The notes: generated from the letters alone by a model not told the origin. Shown: positions 12,172 through 25,445, numbered from the whole stretch's first letter. The stretch is 62,978 nucleotides of DNA, filler included, from Hyphochytrium catenoides (GCA_900088475.1; 7 parts of 7 records of this genome joined end to end with filler, not necessarily neighbours in it); one strand, 5' to 3'. Translations and numbers: made by a program.

Positions 12172-13766
12172 TCACCTCAGCCATCGCTTTGTCTGGGAAA
12201 CAATGCTTGAGGGCGCCACTTTGCCGACTGTAGGTACTTTTTTCGTGCCGTATCCACCAGGACCTTCCTGCTGCCCAACAGACCAGTGAAGGAAGCGATT
12301 GTACGGCCCCAATAGCATCCCATAGACCTCATCCTCAGCTTTCTGGAAGAGATCGGCAGCTATTATGCCATCCTTACCGCTCTGGACTGCTTCCTTGATG
12401 GATGTCATGATATGCTTCCGCAGCGAGGAGCTGATGTTAATCTCATAAGTGGCGTTAGGAGACAGATAGGTCTGAACAATATCTTGAGCAGTCGCTACGC
12501 CCGCCCGCGTGTCTGCTTTCAGATAGAAATCTTCCAGAGCCATCAGGAACATCACATTCTCCACAGCGAGCTCCCTAACCATATACTCTTTGAACTGCAG
12601 CTGGATGTCCTTTGACCCTGAAAGTTCCTTTTTCAGGTCGCTGATGTTCCTGGCCTTTCGAGTCTCATACTCCGCGCTGCCGCTGCTTCGCGATGCTCTC
12701 GAGACCTGGCTGCTGCTGCTGAAAGAGTTCCTGCCAAGGGCTTCTTGCTGCTTCTTGGTTTTCTGCGCACTTAATAGTAGTTGGATAGGGATGAGGTAGA
12801 GGTACGGGAGGAGGTATGTCGCGATCCAAACGAAGATGGTGAACCATCGTAGGTTATCAAAGATACTTCTGGTGAGCGAGCCATTCGTCAGGAACTGCTT
12901 CAGCCAGAAAGGTGCTTCCAGGAAGACAAACCCGACCGCGACGATGTTTGCCACACGCTGTGACTGTTGGCGGAAGGGATAGGCCTCCCGCACCTCCTCC
13001 AGATTCGCTGCAACGCGCTTGGTGACGATGACAAAGAAGTTATTTGTCACGAGGTTGATTATAAACTGCAAAGCGTACATTGGAGAAGAAGAAGGAAGAA
13101 GAAGAAGCAACCAAACAAAAGAGTTAGCGCCACATCTCTCTAGTGGTTATGCGGCTGTCCAGCGTTCCCTCCTCCATACAAAGCCATTACTGCTGAATCA
13201 TATATTCTTACCTCAGGAGTGGTCAGGGAAGTACATCTGAGGTCTTCCATAGGGAGACTGAGCGTCTGGCCGTCTCGACTGAGAAGTCGATAGGCCGGGT
13301 ACACCATGGTGACGACAAGGGTGAAGAGTACGACCATGATGATAAGACGGTAGCCTTCATAAGTGGCACGCTTCCGGACAAACCAGCTGTTCACATCGCC
13401 CGCCGCCATACTGGCCTGACACCTGTATGTCAGCCAAAGATGGAGGTGCGTTGTACAGCCATAGGCCGCGGTAGGGATATAGGTCAGCTGGACTACGAGG
13501 ATATGGACCCAGCACGGTATGGTAGGCGTTAGCAAAGGGTGAAGGTAAGAGTAAGAGGCAGTCATCATGGACAGTGTGCTGCCCCCGACAATGTGAACTG
13601 GGGCCACTGTTAAAGGGAACATATTGCGATACGTCCATAGCTTCACCGTCACGTATATTGCAGCTATGCTCAGTGCTATCTGCACGATCCAGGCCAGATA
13701 GTATGCCCAAGAACCTGTTCCTGAGGGCCAGAGTGAGAGGTGTGGGTTTGGGATCTCCCAAGCCAT
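12172..13766 (-). CDS. 7TM-RGS protein (seven transmembrane segments fused to a C-terminal RGS domain), ~482 aa; exons 13766-13212 and 13065-12172
   Basis: A phase-0 146-nt intron (GTAAG..CTAAC..TTTGCAG) joins the two ORFs. Seven hydrophobic segments, loop Cys in IPCW and LRC, and RGS signature FKEYMVRELAVENVMF..IVQTYLSPNATYEINISS..LFQKAEDEVYGML..YNRFL. Confidence 0.9.
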
Positions 13767-15503
13767 TGTCTCCTAATAATTCAGATCTTATTCATCCTTT
13801 AGCTCTAGGTCATGACCATTGCTTGCTGAGCTGGTGGCGCTAATGCTTTTCCGACGGGAAGCAAGGGAACCGCAGAAGGCTCTTTATTAGGTGGATAGTT
13901 AAGGAGGAGGAAAGGTAACGGGGCTTGTTGCCATGAGTGAGCGGCAGAAAAAGAGAAATGGAAGTCGAACGACGCAGCGTCCTAGGTATGGGTAGAGTCT
14001 AGGGGCCAATTTTTAGGGAGAGCTCCGCCAAAGACTCACTTTACTTTCCCTTTGAAGAGTCCATCTTTCCGCTCCCCTCTTGATTGCCTTCCACACCACT
14101 GTCTCATCCTTTTGATGACTGCTGGCAACAAGCCCCACCTGCTGCTGCTAATAAATCAAGCAGATAGGAAGAAGAAGAAGAGGCAAGGCGACAGGTGCAA
14201 CCACTTCAATGGTTGTTCACGGTCAATACTACGACGCCAGAATACCCTGGCTGCCTATAGAAGAAAGGCGCCCGGGGAGGACTCGCTCTCCTGCTGCCTT
14301 CAACAGGTAGAGGAAGCGAGGTTGGAGGAGCACAGGGGGGGCGGCCCTGCCTGCTGGCCTGGCCAGAGGCGCCGAGGGCCGGCCCTGCTGCCCTCCTCCT
14401 GCTGCCCTTCTTCCAATGCAGCAAGGCCAAGGGACAAACGACCAGACTTCCAGGCTGTTGAGTCACTTATTAGCGGTGATACGTCACAGATACACTAGTA
14501 GCTAAATGACAGTGCTTTCGCACCAAATATTCCAAGGGAGACATATCACCGACCCGTCCGTTACAAGAATCATTTGTTCGCCTGTCTCCTTAACAGAGCG
14601 GGGTGGGTGGGCAGGCGGGTAGGGCCCCTGTTGGAGACTGTTAAAGTCTTCGATTTTTTTGTTGTCTGGTGAGTGACAGAAAACCCTCAGTGAGAAGAGT
14701 TGAAAGGAGAGAGAAGTGCGAGACAGAAGAGATGACAAGGGACGTTACATGTCAGAGAATAAAGAAGAGACAGAGTGGCACGAGATGATGACCCAAAGCA
14801 AAAGAAGGGAACACAATCAGTTAAGTTTAGACAGAGCGCGAAAGAGAGTGCTTCATAGACATCATCTGATGGAGCGAAAGACAGAGCGCGAGGCCGGCGT
14901 CTCTCTCTTTTTTCCCTTCGTCTCCCGTCATTTTGTTCCTTCCTCTCTTGATCAACAGCCATCATCACTGCCCCAGCTTGGATCACCATAGCTTCCTACT
15001 AGTCCTTATCATGACGCCACTGTTAAGAATTAGGAGCCGCCCACCGCCCGCCGCCCGCCGCCGCGGTCATCATCATTAGTTGTTCATCTTCGTCAATCTT
15101 TGTCCTGGCTGCGGCGGACATCATGATCTTCACAGAGCTGGGCAAAAGTAACGGGTCGTGGTTGAAAGAGAGGTTTCAGAAGATGATGGCTTCCTTTGTT
15201 CTAAGTCGCGTCTCCTCTCTCGGCCATAGCAGTATTAGCGGTCGAAGATCTCAAAACTCTTCTCGTCGCACGGACAGCTAGTAGGTGGTTATACAGCAGC
15301 TATCATTAGAGCGCCGACGGTGCTGCTGCCTCTGCTGTCAGTCAGCAGCAGTAGAGGTCTACGCGCGAAGAGGACGGAGTATCATAATTAATAGTCGCTG
15401 AGAAGCAAGTTGATTTGTCCATGATGCTCTTAATCTTCGTTTCTTCTCTTGTTGTTGATCTTGAGTCTGCGGCATGATTTATTCATGGCTTCGAGCGATT
15501 ATG

Positions 15504-15670
15504 GCCGCCGCCGATGCTTGTCAATATTCTGATGCAATGAGCATCGTCATCAGGGCAGCAAGCAACAGACTACAAGGCAAGCAAAGCCGCCGCCGATGCT
15601 TGTCAATATTCTGATGCAATGATGAGCATCGTCATCAGGGCAGCAAGCAACAGACTACAAGGCAAGCAAA
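15504..15670. repeat. Tandem duplication of an ~82-nt unit
   Basis: GCCGCCGCCGATGCTTGTCAATATTCTG...GGCAAGCAAA occurs twice; the second copy has a 3-nt insertion. Confidence 0.9.
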
Positions 15671-16037
15671 GTCCATCGTCGGGCCAGGGGGTTGTTAAGA
15701 GGATGGAGTTCTTGTCATTGTGCTACGGTTGGACTGGGCGTGAAGCAGATTATGACAAACCGTGTAAAACTAGGAAGAAAAACGTGCCAGGAGCTTTATA
15801 CTGCGTTACGTTCCTCTTTTCCCTAGCTTTTCAGTACGGGGGATCTCCTTTTCTTCACGAATGGTCCGGTGGGACGCAGCGGAGTCGTTTCCTTTATCAT
15901 GGGCGAAAAAAAGGAAGGCAGCAGCCAAACGTCGTGAACTGACGTAGAGGGTGACGGCTAAAGACGACTTAGACCAAACCCAACTGATATTCTGTAGGCG
16001 AGTAAAGCCACGATAGAGATGATGATGGTACCAGGAA

Positions 16038-16084
16038 CACGAGGTGGTCTATTGAATGAGAACGAGGTGGTCTATTGAATGAGA
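16038..16084. repeat. 23-nt tandem duplication
   Basis: ACGAGGTGGTCTATTGAATGAGA twice. Confidence 0.85.
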
Positions 16085-17859
16085 GAAAGGAAGGACACCA
16101 TGGGAGGGCAGATTAAGGCAGCAACGGCGCATTAAGATCTGACACAGATAACGAAGAGCAGAGTAGCAAGGCCGTCGTCGCAATGTCTTCCAGCAGCTGC
16201 TATGGGCCGCTGTTTGGGTCAGGGACAGGGCCCGCTAGATGATCCACTTAGAGCAATGCCTTCTGACAAACACTCCTTTCTTAGACTCTGCTTCTTGGTT
16301 CAGGCCCCTTTCCTGTTCGTCCTTCTCTTCCCTACTGCTGCTCCACCGTCCTTAGTGTCTCTCCTTTATTCCAAGGCAACCATTTCATCTCTTCCCGTTT
16401 GATCAATCGCCCACTATCATCATTTTTTCCATGCTGACAAAGCACCGGCCTGGCCTTCCCTCTTTATCCCCTCGTGCTGTTCCTCCAACCATAGCACGCC
16501 GAAGAAGAACTTGGTTAGCCTCATGCAAGCCCCATCGATGACCCTATTATTCTCTACTAGTGAATCTGTGGCAAAGGCGCAGAGAGCGTGGCAAGCGTAA
16601 GGTCTGCATCTCGTCCTCCTTTCTTCCTCGTCCTTCCCTATAGCACCAAGAAAAAAGATAGGTGTCCTCATTCACTACTTCTGGTTTGGTCGACGCATAC
16701 CCCGGAAGAGTGGACTCCGGGAAAGCGCTCATAGACTACCGGTCTTCTGCTTGTGGCTCATCGTGCTGCGCAGACCTCCCAATGAGGTGGGAGATCTCCT
16801 CCTCCAAGAGGGACCACCGACCGACAATCTGTCGCACGGAAGATGGTATCCGTGCATCTCGACAGCTCGCTCCAAGAAACTCACGCCCTCTTATATTAAG
16901 AAGAAGAATTGGTCGTTGAACGTCACATCTCAGTTCCCACGATGAGACAATGCCTCTTTGATCGCCACCCATCGACAACAGCAGTTGTAGACGACTACGA
17001 CTGCTGCTCCTGCTGCTGCGCACCAGAAGAGAGAGAGTAGGAAATCAACGTGGCACCGTCTAGAAGTGGCCGTCAATCAGTGGTCCGGGCGATAGTCCTT
17101 TTATCTAAGCCGCGGATGGAGGTGAGATGACCTGTCGCCCCAAAGTCAAAGGTTTCTCCAACCCNNNNNNNNNNNNNNNNNNNNNNNNNNNNNNNNNNNN
17201 NNNNNNNNTTAATTAATTAANNNNNNNNNNNNNNNNNNNNNNNNNNNNNNNNNNNNNNNNNNNNGCTCTTCTGGTGAAAACCGTTACATTGTGGTCCAGC
17301 TCTTTTCGGATTGCCTCTGCCCAGGTTTAGGCTAGGATTCTAGGAAGTCTATCGCTGTTCTCACTGTTGTTCTATATCTTTTAGGTTATGTGCGAAGGAG
17401 AAGGTTATTGTTGTTCTAAATCTTATTTAGAACCAACCGCGTGGCCCCCAATTCATCTCTTGTGCAGTGGATCCCTTATGTAACACCGGATCTTTGTGTA
17501 TCTTTTGCACCATCCTCTCCCGACGAATCTAATAAGCTTATTTAGGACTAACTAATAAAGGTAAAGCACAAGAAATTTCTGCCCTTTTCGACTCACCCCT
17601 ATTTTGTACAGTTTAGCCCAGAAGGACATACAAAAGATAGGAGGCAATTCTCCCTTTTGGTTCCTCCTTTGCTAGATTCCTGTATATTTAGAGTGGGGGC
17701 GGGTGGGCTCCTGCCATGAGTAAAGTGTATCAGGGTAAGGTTTGGGTTAGGACTGACGGGGTTCCACAACTGAGGGAGCAGTGAAAAAGGGATGGGGGTG
17801 TTTCATACCCTGTGTATGGGTGGGAATATAGATCACCAGGTACATGTACAAAAAACACA

Positions 17860-18360
17860 AACCGAGTCACCCACCCACCCTTTGTTCAACTTGCTCCCTG
17901 TTTAGAGGGGCTAGACGTGCTTCTAAAGTATGTAGCCTGTACGCGGGACCTGCTCACTTGGGACAGCCACATTTGCTTGATCTGCTTGGCCGTGACACTT
18001 TGGTTTGGAGTGATTCTTGCCTTGCAGCAATATGGGCATAGATACAAACAGCTGTAGAGCCCATTCCTTACAGCCAGTGAAAGCCGTTAGCCCCCTTATT
18101 AGTGAGGCAGGAATTTGGCGGTGTCCATTACTGACATGGCAGTGCCAGGAAAGTATCAGCCGGTGGGTGGGATGAAAGCTTCATGGAGGATCTTAGGCGG
18201 AGCAGGATGATGCGTGATTATTGGGTAGAATACTTTCCACCGATACTTTTCTCCCACACATGGCTACACTGTGACGAAGCCTGCCTTTTGTCCTTTTCCG
18301 CCAAAGCCAGATAGCCAATGAGTTTGGGTCCATTATGAGTCTGCAATATTCCCAGAGGAT
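17860..18360 (-). mobile_element. Possible decayed non-LTR retrotransposon C-terminal (zf-RVT-like) fragment
   Basis: Frameshifted pieces LWEYCRLIMDPNSLAIWLW, CGRKVSVESI..H..C and YCCKARITPNQ..IKQMW follow the W..W..CCHC order of LINE ORF2 tails; many stops. Confidence 0.3.
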
Positions 18361-19557
18361 ATTATATTTCATTACTACAATAATTTATGTAAGGAAATCT
18401 ATTCTTTTGTTCCCTTCAAGGAAATTGAGGCGTGTGTTTGACTCAGCAATTTGTGTTTGCCGCTTCGCGACCAAATCTTCAGTGGTGGCCGCTTCTTGTC
18501 CTTTTCCGCTCTCCACAAGCCACAGTACAGCATCTCTTGACAGCCGCTCTGTCTCGCTCCGTCTCGCTCTGTTTCGTCACAAACGTCTCCATTTAACCTA
18601 CAATAGCATCACCCGTCCTATGTCTCTTTCTCTAGCTCTGGTTCTGTCGACCGGCTCTCGCACTCTGTCTCTCGTCCCTACGCTCTTTGCTCTTTACAGT
18701 GCTTCATTCATCTCTACTGTCTGACGTCTCTCTTGAGCCATGTTCCCTGTCTTTATTTCCCTCTCTGTCTTGGCCTCTGTCTGTCTCTATTTTCCTTTGG
18801 TGAAGCACATCTGCAGCTGCCTTCCTGCCGCTGCCGTCAGTCTCTCTGGCGCACGCTGGCGNNNNNNNNNNNNNNNNNNNNNNNNNNNNNNNNNNNNNNN
18901 NNNTCTCTCTCTCTCTCTCTCTCTCGCTCATTTGTTCTCTCTGTCTCTCTCTCATCTCTTTTGGTCTCTCTCTCTCTCTCTTGTTTCCTTTCAAGGAGGG
19001 TTGAATCTTTGGGCAAGAAGGCTGGGCAGTCTGCTGTTTGGGCGTGTTTGGCCCAGCAACTTTCCCTCGGGCCGGCCGCTGGAAGGAGAGAAAAGAGACT
19101 GCAGCAAGTCAAAGGGAGAAAAGAGAAACGAAGCTGCTGCAGGCGCGCCATCTTTGCAGCTTCTTCCCACGGCAAAAGCTCATTCTTTCTCACTGTCAGA
19201 AGCCTTCAGGAACGTCTAAGCGGCTAAGGACCTCGCATTAGCGAAGCATCATCGAAAAAGCTAAAAGGGAAGAGACAGCTAAACACTGAAGATCTTTGAT
19301 TTACCGCGCCGCTACGCTGATCTCTATGAGCCTTATCTTTAGACTGCGGTAACAGTTGACAGAAGACAATCATCCGATCTCTGCAGAGTGAAGATTAGGC
19401 CAGCGCGTTGACCCAGTGGAGCAGCTTGCGCGTCCGGAGGAGAGCTACCTCATACCTTGAAGACTGAAGCTTCAGATTTGTAGAGGATAAACAAGGGGAA
19501 AAAGCAGGAACAAAGGGAATCGAGTTACAAGCGCTCTTTCCGTGACCCTGCCGTCTG

Positions 19558-20872
19558 ATGACACACAGACAGAGATCAGCCAGCGTCTTTCAGCTGCTGA
19601 CTCAGTCGTCAGCCAAGCATGGCCAGCAGCGCGTGAGTCTGGGAGACATCAGCGAGCTCTGGAGAAGCCTCAATGGCCATGAGAGTGCTCATCGGGAGTA
19701 CAAAGCTCTCCCGCCGCCTATGAGACAGTTGGAGATCTCTCACTATGATCGAAACAGTGACGGAGTGTACGTCTATCACGTAATAGTCAGAGCAGGTAGG
19801 GCCAGCGTGCGGTGCAAGAGTTGGTTCCTTACGTCTCTGTTGTCTCCTCTCTCTCTCTTCCTGCCTATCACCTTCTCCCGCTGTCTTAGGCCTGTCTCTG
19901 TCTCGCATCTCCGTCTCTCTCTCAGAAATAACAACCAAGTACCACGGCCCTACGTCGTTGTATCTCTTGCTCTCTTTGTGTCTCGATGCGCTACGTCTGT
20001 CCCAATCTTCATGTCTTTGATCACTCAGTGACGTCCTCTCCCTCTTCGACTTTGCCCGATCTCAAAGACTTTCCTCTCGCATCTCTCCTTTCTCTGTTTG
20101 TGCCTATCTCGCAGGTTCACAGTCTGTCTATGTTATCAAACGACGATTCAAGGAGTTCCGCAAGCTGCATCAAGAAGTCGGCGCGCTGATTGGGAGACGT
20201 CTACCGCCGCTGCCTCCCAGTGGCTTCATCACCTCGCTGCGCCCGTCTGACCCTTCCATGCTTTCCTTTCGTAAAGAGCAGCTTCAGAAAATCATCCGCT
20301 TTATAGAGGAAGATGAGGTTGCGCGCTGCAGCGGACCGTTCACGCATTTCTTAGGTAGAGATCCCAACGAGCCAGGGTTCGTGTCTTTGGGAATGTACAG
20401 CACACCGCCGCAGCTCACAGCCACAGAGATTCGCCATAGGAGAAGGAACAACGACAGTTCCCTTACTTCCCGACTCTCTAGCGGGAGCAGGCGGGACCTC
20501 GACGACTTCAGGCCTACGTTGGACGAACAACGGCCTACCTTGGACGAACAAAGGCCAACGCTGGAGATGACCGACTTAGAAGATCTAGGCGAGGAAGAGT
20601 TCCACGCTGGACATTCGGAAGTATCTGTCTCCGATGTGGTGACAGATGTGCTGCACTCTCTCTCGAAGGGTGAGGACGAGATGGAAGGCGCGGAATCTCC
20701 ATCAGGCGACACACTGGTCAAGGCCTACACGCCCAGATTGTCTCTGGGAAAGGTGCCAAGAGGAAACGGACGGAAAACTTTTGACGGTTCTCTGAAGCCG
20801 GCTGCTGTAGAGCACTCACCGCTTTGGGCGGAGAACCAGAAGCTTCTTCCCTTGGCGGCGGCGTCAGGATAA
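19558..20872 (+). CDS. PX (Phox homology) domain protein, ~331 aa; exons 19558-19795, 20115-20872
   Basis: Phase-1 intron; spliced product reads VYHVIV..YVIKRRFKEFRKLHQEV..LPPLPPSG..RKEQLQKII..FTHFL; tail has RPTLDEQ repeats. Confidence 0.85.
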
Positions 20873-21781
20873 AAAGTCTTTGCGGGAGGGCATAGGAGCT
20901 CGGTAAGTGGCTTTGCCTTCATATTCTACTTTGTTCTTTGTGATCTCTCTTGCTCCTTTTTTTCCTGTGGTTGTTTCCAGTGATGTTACTAGTCTTCCCG
21001 CTCCTCTCTCTCACTTCTCTGATGTTTAACATATCTAATCGCTTCTCTCCCGCTGATGCAGGCAACAGGAGCCATTAGCTCAACCATAGGTTGTCACTCT
21101 TACAGAGCCACAACTATTAGACAGAAGAGATAGACACACCCAGGACTAGCGGGGTGATATGTATGTCTAGGCGGTAGCGACGATAGCAGGACCCAAATAG
21201 AGAGCCATAGGCGGAGAATATCCGCTGGAGTAGGAGCTCAAGCTGGGCTGACTCCTTAATGTAGGAGAGGTGCGGCAGCTCAGGCAGCAATCGAAAAAGA
21301 GCTAGTGGGAGAGCGCGATAGAGAAAACGACTATTCGATAGAGGTCCCGTTCGGGCGCATTCTCTTCTCTTTCGAGGGGAGAGAAAGTACAGCTAGTGAC
21401 ACAGCTGTGCGCGAAGGCGGACGAGAACGAGGTCTCAGGATGGTCTTCAGTTCCTCTAGATAGAACCGCTAGGAGAGTGGGGAGAGAAGGGGAGAAAGGG
21501 TCCATGAAAGGAGAAGTTAAGTGAGGAAGACAGGTCAAAAGAAAGAATAGATGTAGCCGTGGCTAGTAGTGGAAAGCTACAGGGGAAGCCGTTTGGCTGA
21601 TGTTGCGATATAAGTTTTAAGCAATATATATATGCAGTCAAAGTTCGTCGACAACATCGCTCTCCTCGTCTCTCTTTCTCTCGCCCGTCGCATGCTGTTT
21701 GTGCGTAGAACCTTCGTCTCTTGAAGACCCCTTCCTTGCTCTCTCTGCCTCACTCAAAGTCCCTTCTCTATCGATATTCAT

Positions 21782-23789
21782 CTACGCTTCAGGAGCCTCC
21801 TTGATATGACCAATGCAAATGTACTTCAGCTCCTGATACTCCGCCTTCAGAGAGTCAGAGGAGGTGATGTTCAGTGGTCAATGAAGCAAAAGCTGGGTCA
21901 AACGATGAACGAATAGGCAATGATCGTCGAAAAATCGGTGACCTGGTGGAGAGTCTAGGGCTAGACGTATGGCGTATGTGGGGAAGAGAAAATGGCAGTA
22001 GAAGAGAAACAGCGGCTTTCTCTTCTAGCTACTTGTGCTTCAAATAGTAACCGCGGCCAGACAAGCTCATTCCGAGCTGTGGGCCAGCCAAGAACTTACC
22101 AAGCCATGTAACGAGCCCTCCCTGCCGAAGCCTGACTCCTTGATCCCGCCGAACGGTGCTACTTCCGACGAAACAAGGCCAGTGTTCACTCCCACGATGC
22201 CTGAGAGGTAAGCTTTCCGTCAACATCTCAAAACGCAGCACAGAGCCTTCAAAAGCGGATAGTCCTAGGAAGAAGAAGCACAGGAGGAAAGGCCGCGCCA
22301 ACTGAAACCTAGAGACAGAGCTATAGAGAGGAATATAGGGGAAGGGAAGCAACGCAGACACAAGGAGAGACAGAGTCAGAGAAAGAGAGCTAGAGGGCGA
22401 GGCTCGAACCGCATTCTAGTTGCTCCGCCACTCTCCAACAGCGGGAAATATCTCGGGAGAAAAAGTAACCAGCCAAGCCAACTCTCGAGTCATTTGACAT
22501 TCGCACCACCTCCTCTTCTGTTCGGAAATGCACCACCTGACAGGCAGGACCAGACAACGAGCCGCCAAAGAGAGGAAAAGAGACAAGGCAACGCTTAATA
22601 GTCAGAGAGAGTTGCCAGCGATAGACATAGAGAGACGCACAAGGTGACAGGCAACGCTCAGACAGAGGAGAACCCTATCTTGGCTCATGCTATGCGCCTC
22701 TCTCTTCGTCGCTCCAATTCCCGTCTTCTAGTGCTTAGCTGTTCTGGACTCATCAAACCTCTGCCTTCTGTCACTCACCGCAGCTACAGGGCCGAACGTC
22801 TCTTCTCCCATTATCTCAGCAGAAGGGTCGACATCTCTTAGGACTGTAGGAGCGTAAAAGGTCCCTTGAATGTGCTTGCCGCCACAGAGCTGCGGAACAG
22901 AATGAGAGCAACATAGGGTTGACTGAGAGACTGAGAGAAAGTCTCATATCTACCCTGACTCCTGACAAATAGCTAAGCTAGAGAGTCTTGTGCGGGCCAA
23001 GAGGCTGCAGACAGAGACACGGAGGTCAACAGGCACAAGAAATGGGAAGGTAGAAAGAAGAGGTGCCTTAGAAGAAGAAGACGGAGTTTTTGACTCTAAC
23101 CAGTGTCGCTCCGGTCGCTACCGCATTGTTAACATGCCGCTGAACCTTCTCTAGCGCTGAAAGAACATGTGTAGAGAGACACACGGTCACCCAGCGGCGA
23201 TGATGATAAAGAGTAACAGCAAACGGTGTAAGAGAGAGAGGACAGTACTAGCAACATTAGCCCGTGGTGCCCACGAGCAAAAGTTCCCCCCAAAACGAGT
23301 ATGTAGCAGTGTCATGCACGAGAGGTGTGGCAAGAAGTGGCATGGTGGACCGATCTCTTCGAAGGAAGGGTGAGTAGGACGGACGCCAAGGAAGGAAGAG
23401 GCAGAGAGAGCAGGCACATTAGACGGAGCCTACCCTTTTCACTAATGAGTGGCCCACAGGTCACTTCTTCTTCCATCCCATGACCGAGCCTGAGCCCTTC
23501 CACCTTGGCGGCCAGCTTGGCAACAAAGGAGGCGTACACCTTGTCCTGCACGTAGATGCGATTGGCACAGACGCACGTCTGTCCCGTGTTGCGGAACTTT
23601 GCCTGTTGTTAATTATGGGATGAGGGCGGGATGAGGAAGAGAGAAGAAGGTGATTTTAGTATGAGAGGGCGAAGATGCAAATGGTATGGACACGCGATAG
23701 AGATATACAGATCGGCGGCATAGAGACAAGAAAGGCGAGACGAGGGAAAGGCATAGAGGCTGCACAGAGAGAGAGAGAGGCAGACAGAC

Positions 23790-23834
<45 letters not shown>

Positions 23835-25389
23835 GAGAGAGAAGAGAGGGGATGATGAAACAAGGTGGAGGTAGCGAGATAAGTGATGATGTATCAGAAG
23901 GCTGGGAACCTGTATACATCCTGTGACAGCCGCGTCAATATCTGCATCCTCGAAGACGATAAAGGGAGAGTTGCCTCCCAACTCCATAGAAACGCGCTTC
24001 ACGGTCCCCGCACTGCTAGAGATCAAGTGCTTGCCCACCTAGAGACCGCGGCGGCCCAAATGAGACACAGAAGAGAAGTTACGTTTAGAAGAGATTCGTG
24101 ATAGATGGAAGAGACGGCTGCAGATAAGAAAACTTTTGTATGAAGGAAGAACGAGAACCTAACGAGAGACAGGAAAGAAGGAGCGGTGCTTAGTAGTGTC
24201 ATCGATTGTTAAATGGCTCTTCATTGGCAAAGCAATGACCTCAAAGAGCTTACCTGCGTTGAGCCTGTAAAGGGTATTTTTCTGACCTGTATTTGAAGAA
24301 AGAGAAAGCAAGCGTGAAGAAGCGAACAAAGAGAGAGAGAGAGAGAGAGACAAACAAAGAGAAAATGTCTGAAAGGAAGAGAGAGAGAGAAAAAAAGAGA
24401 CAGAGACAGAGCGCGAGAGAAAACGAGAGTGAGAAAGAAAGAGAGAGACAAAAGAAGCTTCCAATTGAAACCCCTTGTCATCTCCTCACTCTCTCTCTCT
24501 TCTCTCTTTTCTAGCTGTACCAACCGGTCACAGATCGTTGCTCTCAATCCTCATCACAGCTGGATTCCCTGTCTCCTACCTCTTCCGCAGCTGTCATCAC
24601 TCCTCCGATCGCTGAAGCCTTGGATCCCGCCACCACGTTCACTACTCCGGCGGGGACCCCAGCGTCCTCAGCTAAATGCGCCAAGGCGAGAGTCGATAGA
24701 GGAGTTTCTGCTGCAGGCTGGGGAGAGAAAAGGGAGAAAGAGAGAGAGAGAGAGGCGGAAAGGGTAAGGGGAAAAAAAGGGAGAAGGAGAAAGAGATTGA
24801 GAGAGACAAGGTTACAAAGAAATTTATGGAGCACCTGGAGAGAGAGAACTAAAGGAGAAATATTAAAACGGATAAGCCCCCGCTTATAGACTCGTAAGAG
24901 AGAGAAAAGGACTGCTGACAAACAGGCTGAGAGAGAGAGAGAGTGTGTGTGAAGAGAGAGAGAGAGAGAATGTTGACGTGAAGGAGTATTGAAAGACCTT
25001 GATGACCACTGTGCACCCTGCGGCAAGCGCTGGAGCCAGCTTCCTTGCGATCATGGCGCTCGGGAAGTTCCACGGAGTGATGAGAGCAGTCACTCCCACA
25101 GGCTGACGCAGTGCGAACATTCGCTGGCTGAGAGGAGAACAAGAGAGAGAAAGAGGGAGAAGAGAGAGACAAAAGAGTGACATCGAGAGAGGAAGCACCC
25201 TAAAGTCAGATGCAAACTGCCATTGAGGGAGAGGATCCTTCAGATGAAAGACGGACTATTCAGGCCAGACGGCAGGGGAAAGGGAAAGGGAAGCAGCCTC
25301 TAGAACGCGTTCATAGGAGATAACTTGGGTTCAGAAGCAACAGCAAGCTAGGAGTTTGATAAGATACAGATGCAGTAAATAGCAGAGAA

Positions 25390-25445
<56 letters not shown>

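Noticed and set aside
14052-14498. RPDFQAVESL as a kinase C-terminus
   Set aside because: No other kinase motifs nearby.
16400-17164. Short ORFs as another receptor fragment
   Set aside because: No alignable similarity to the 7TM-RGS copies.
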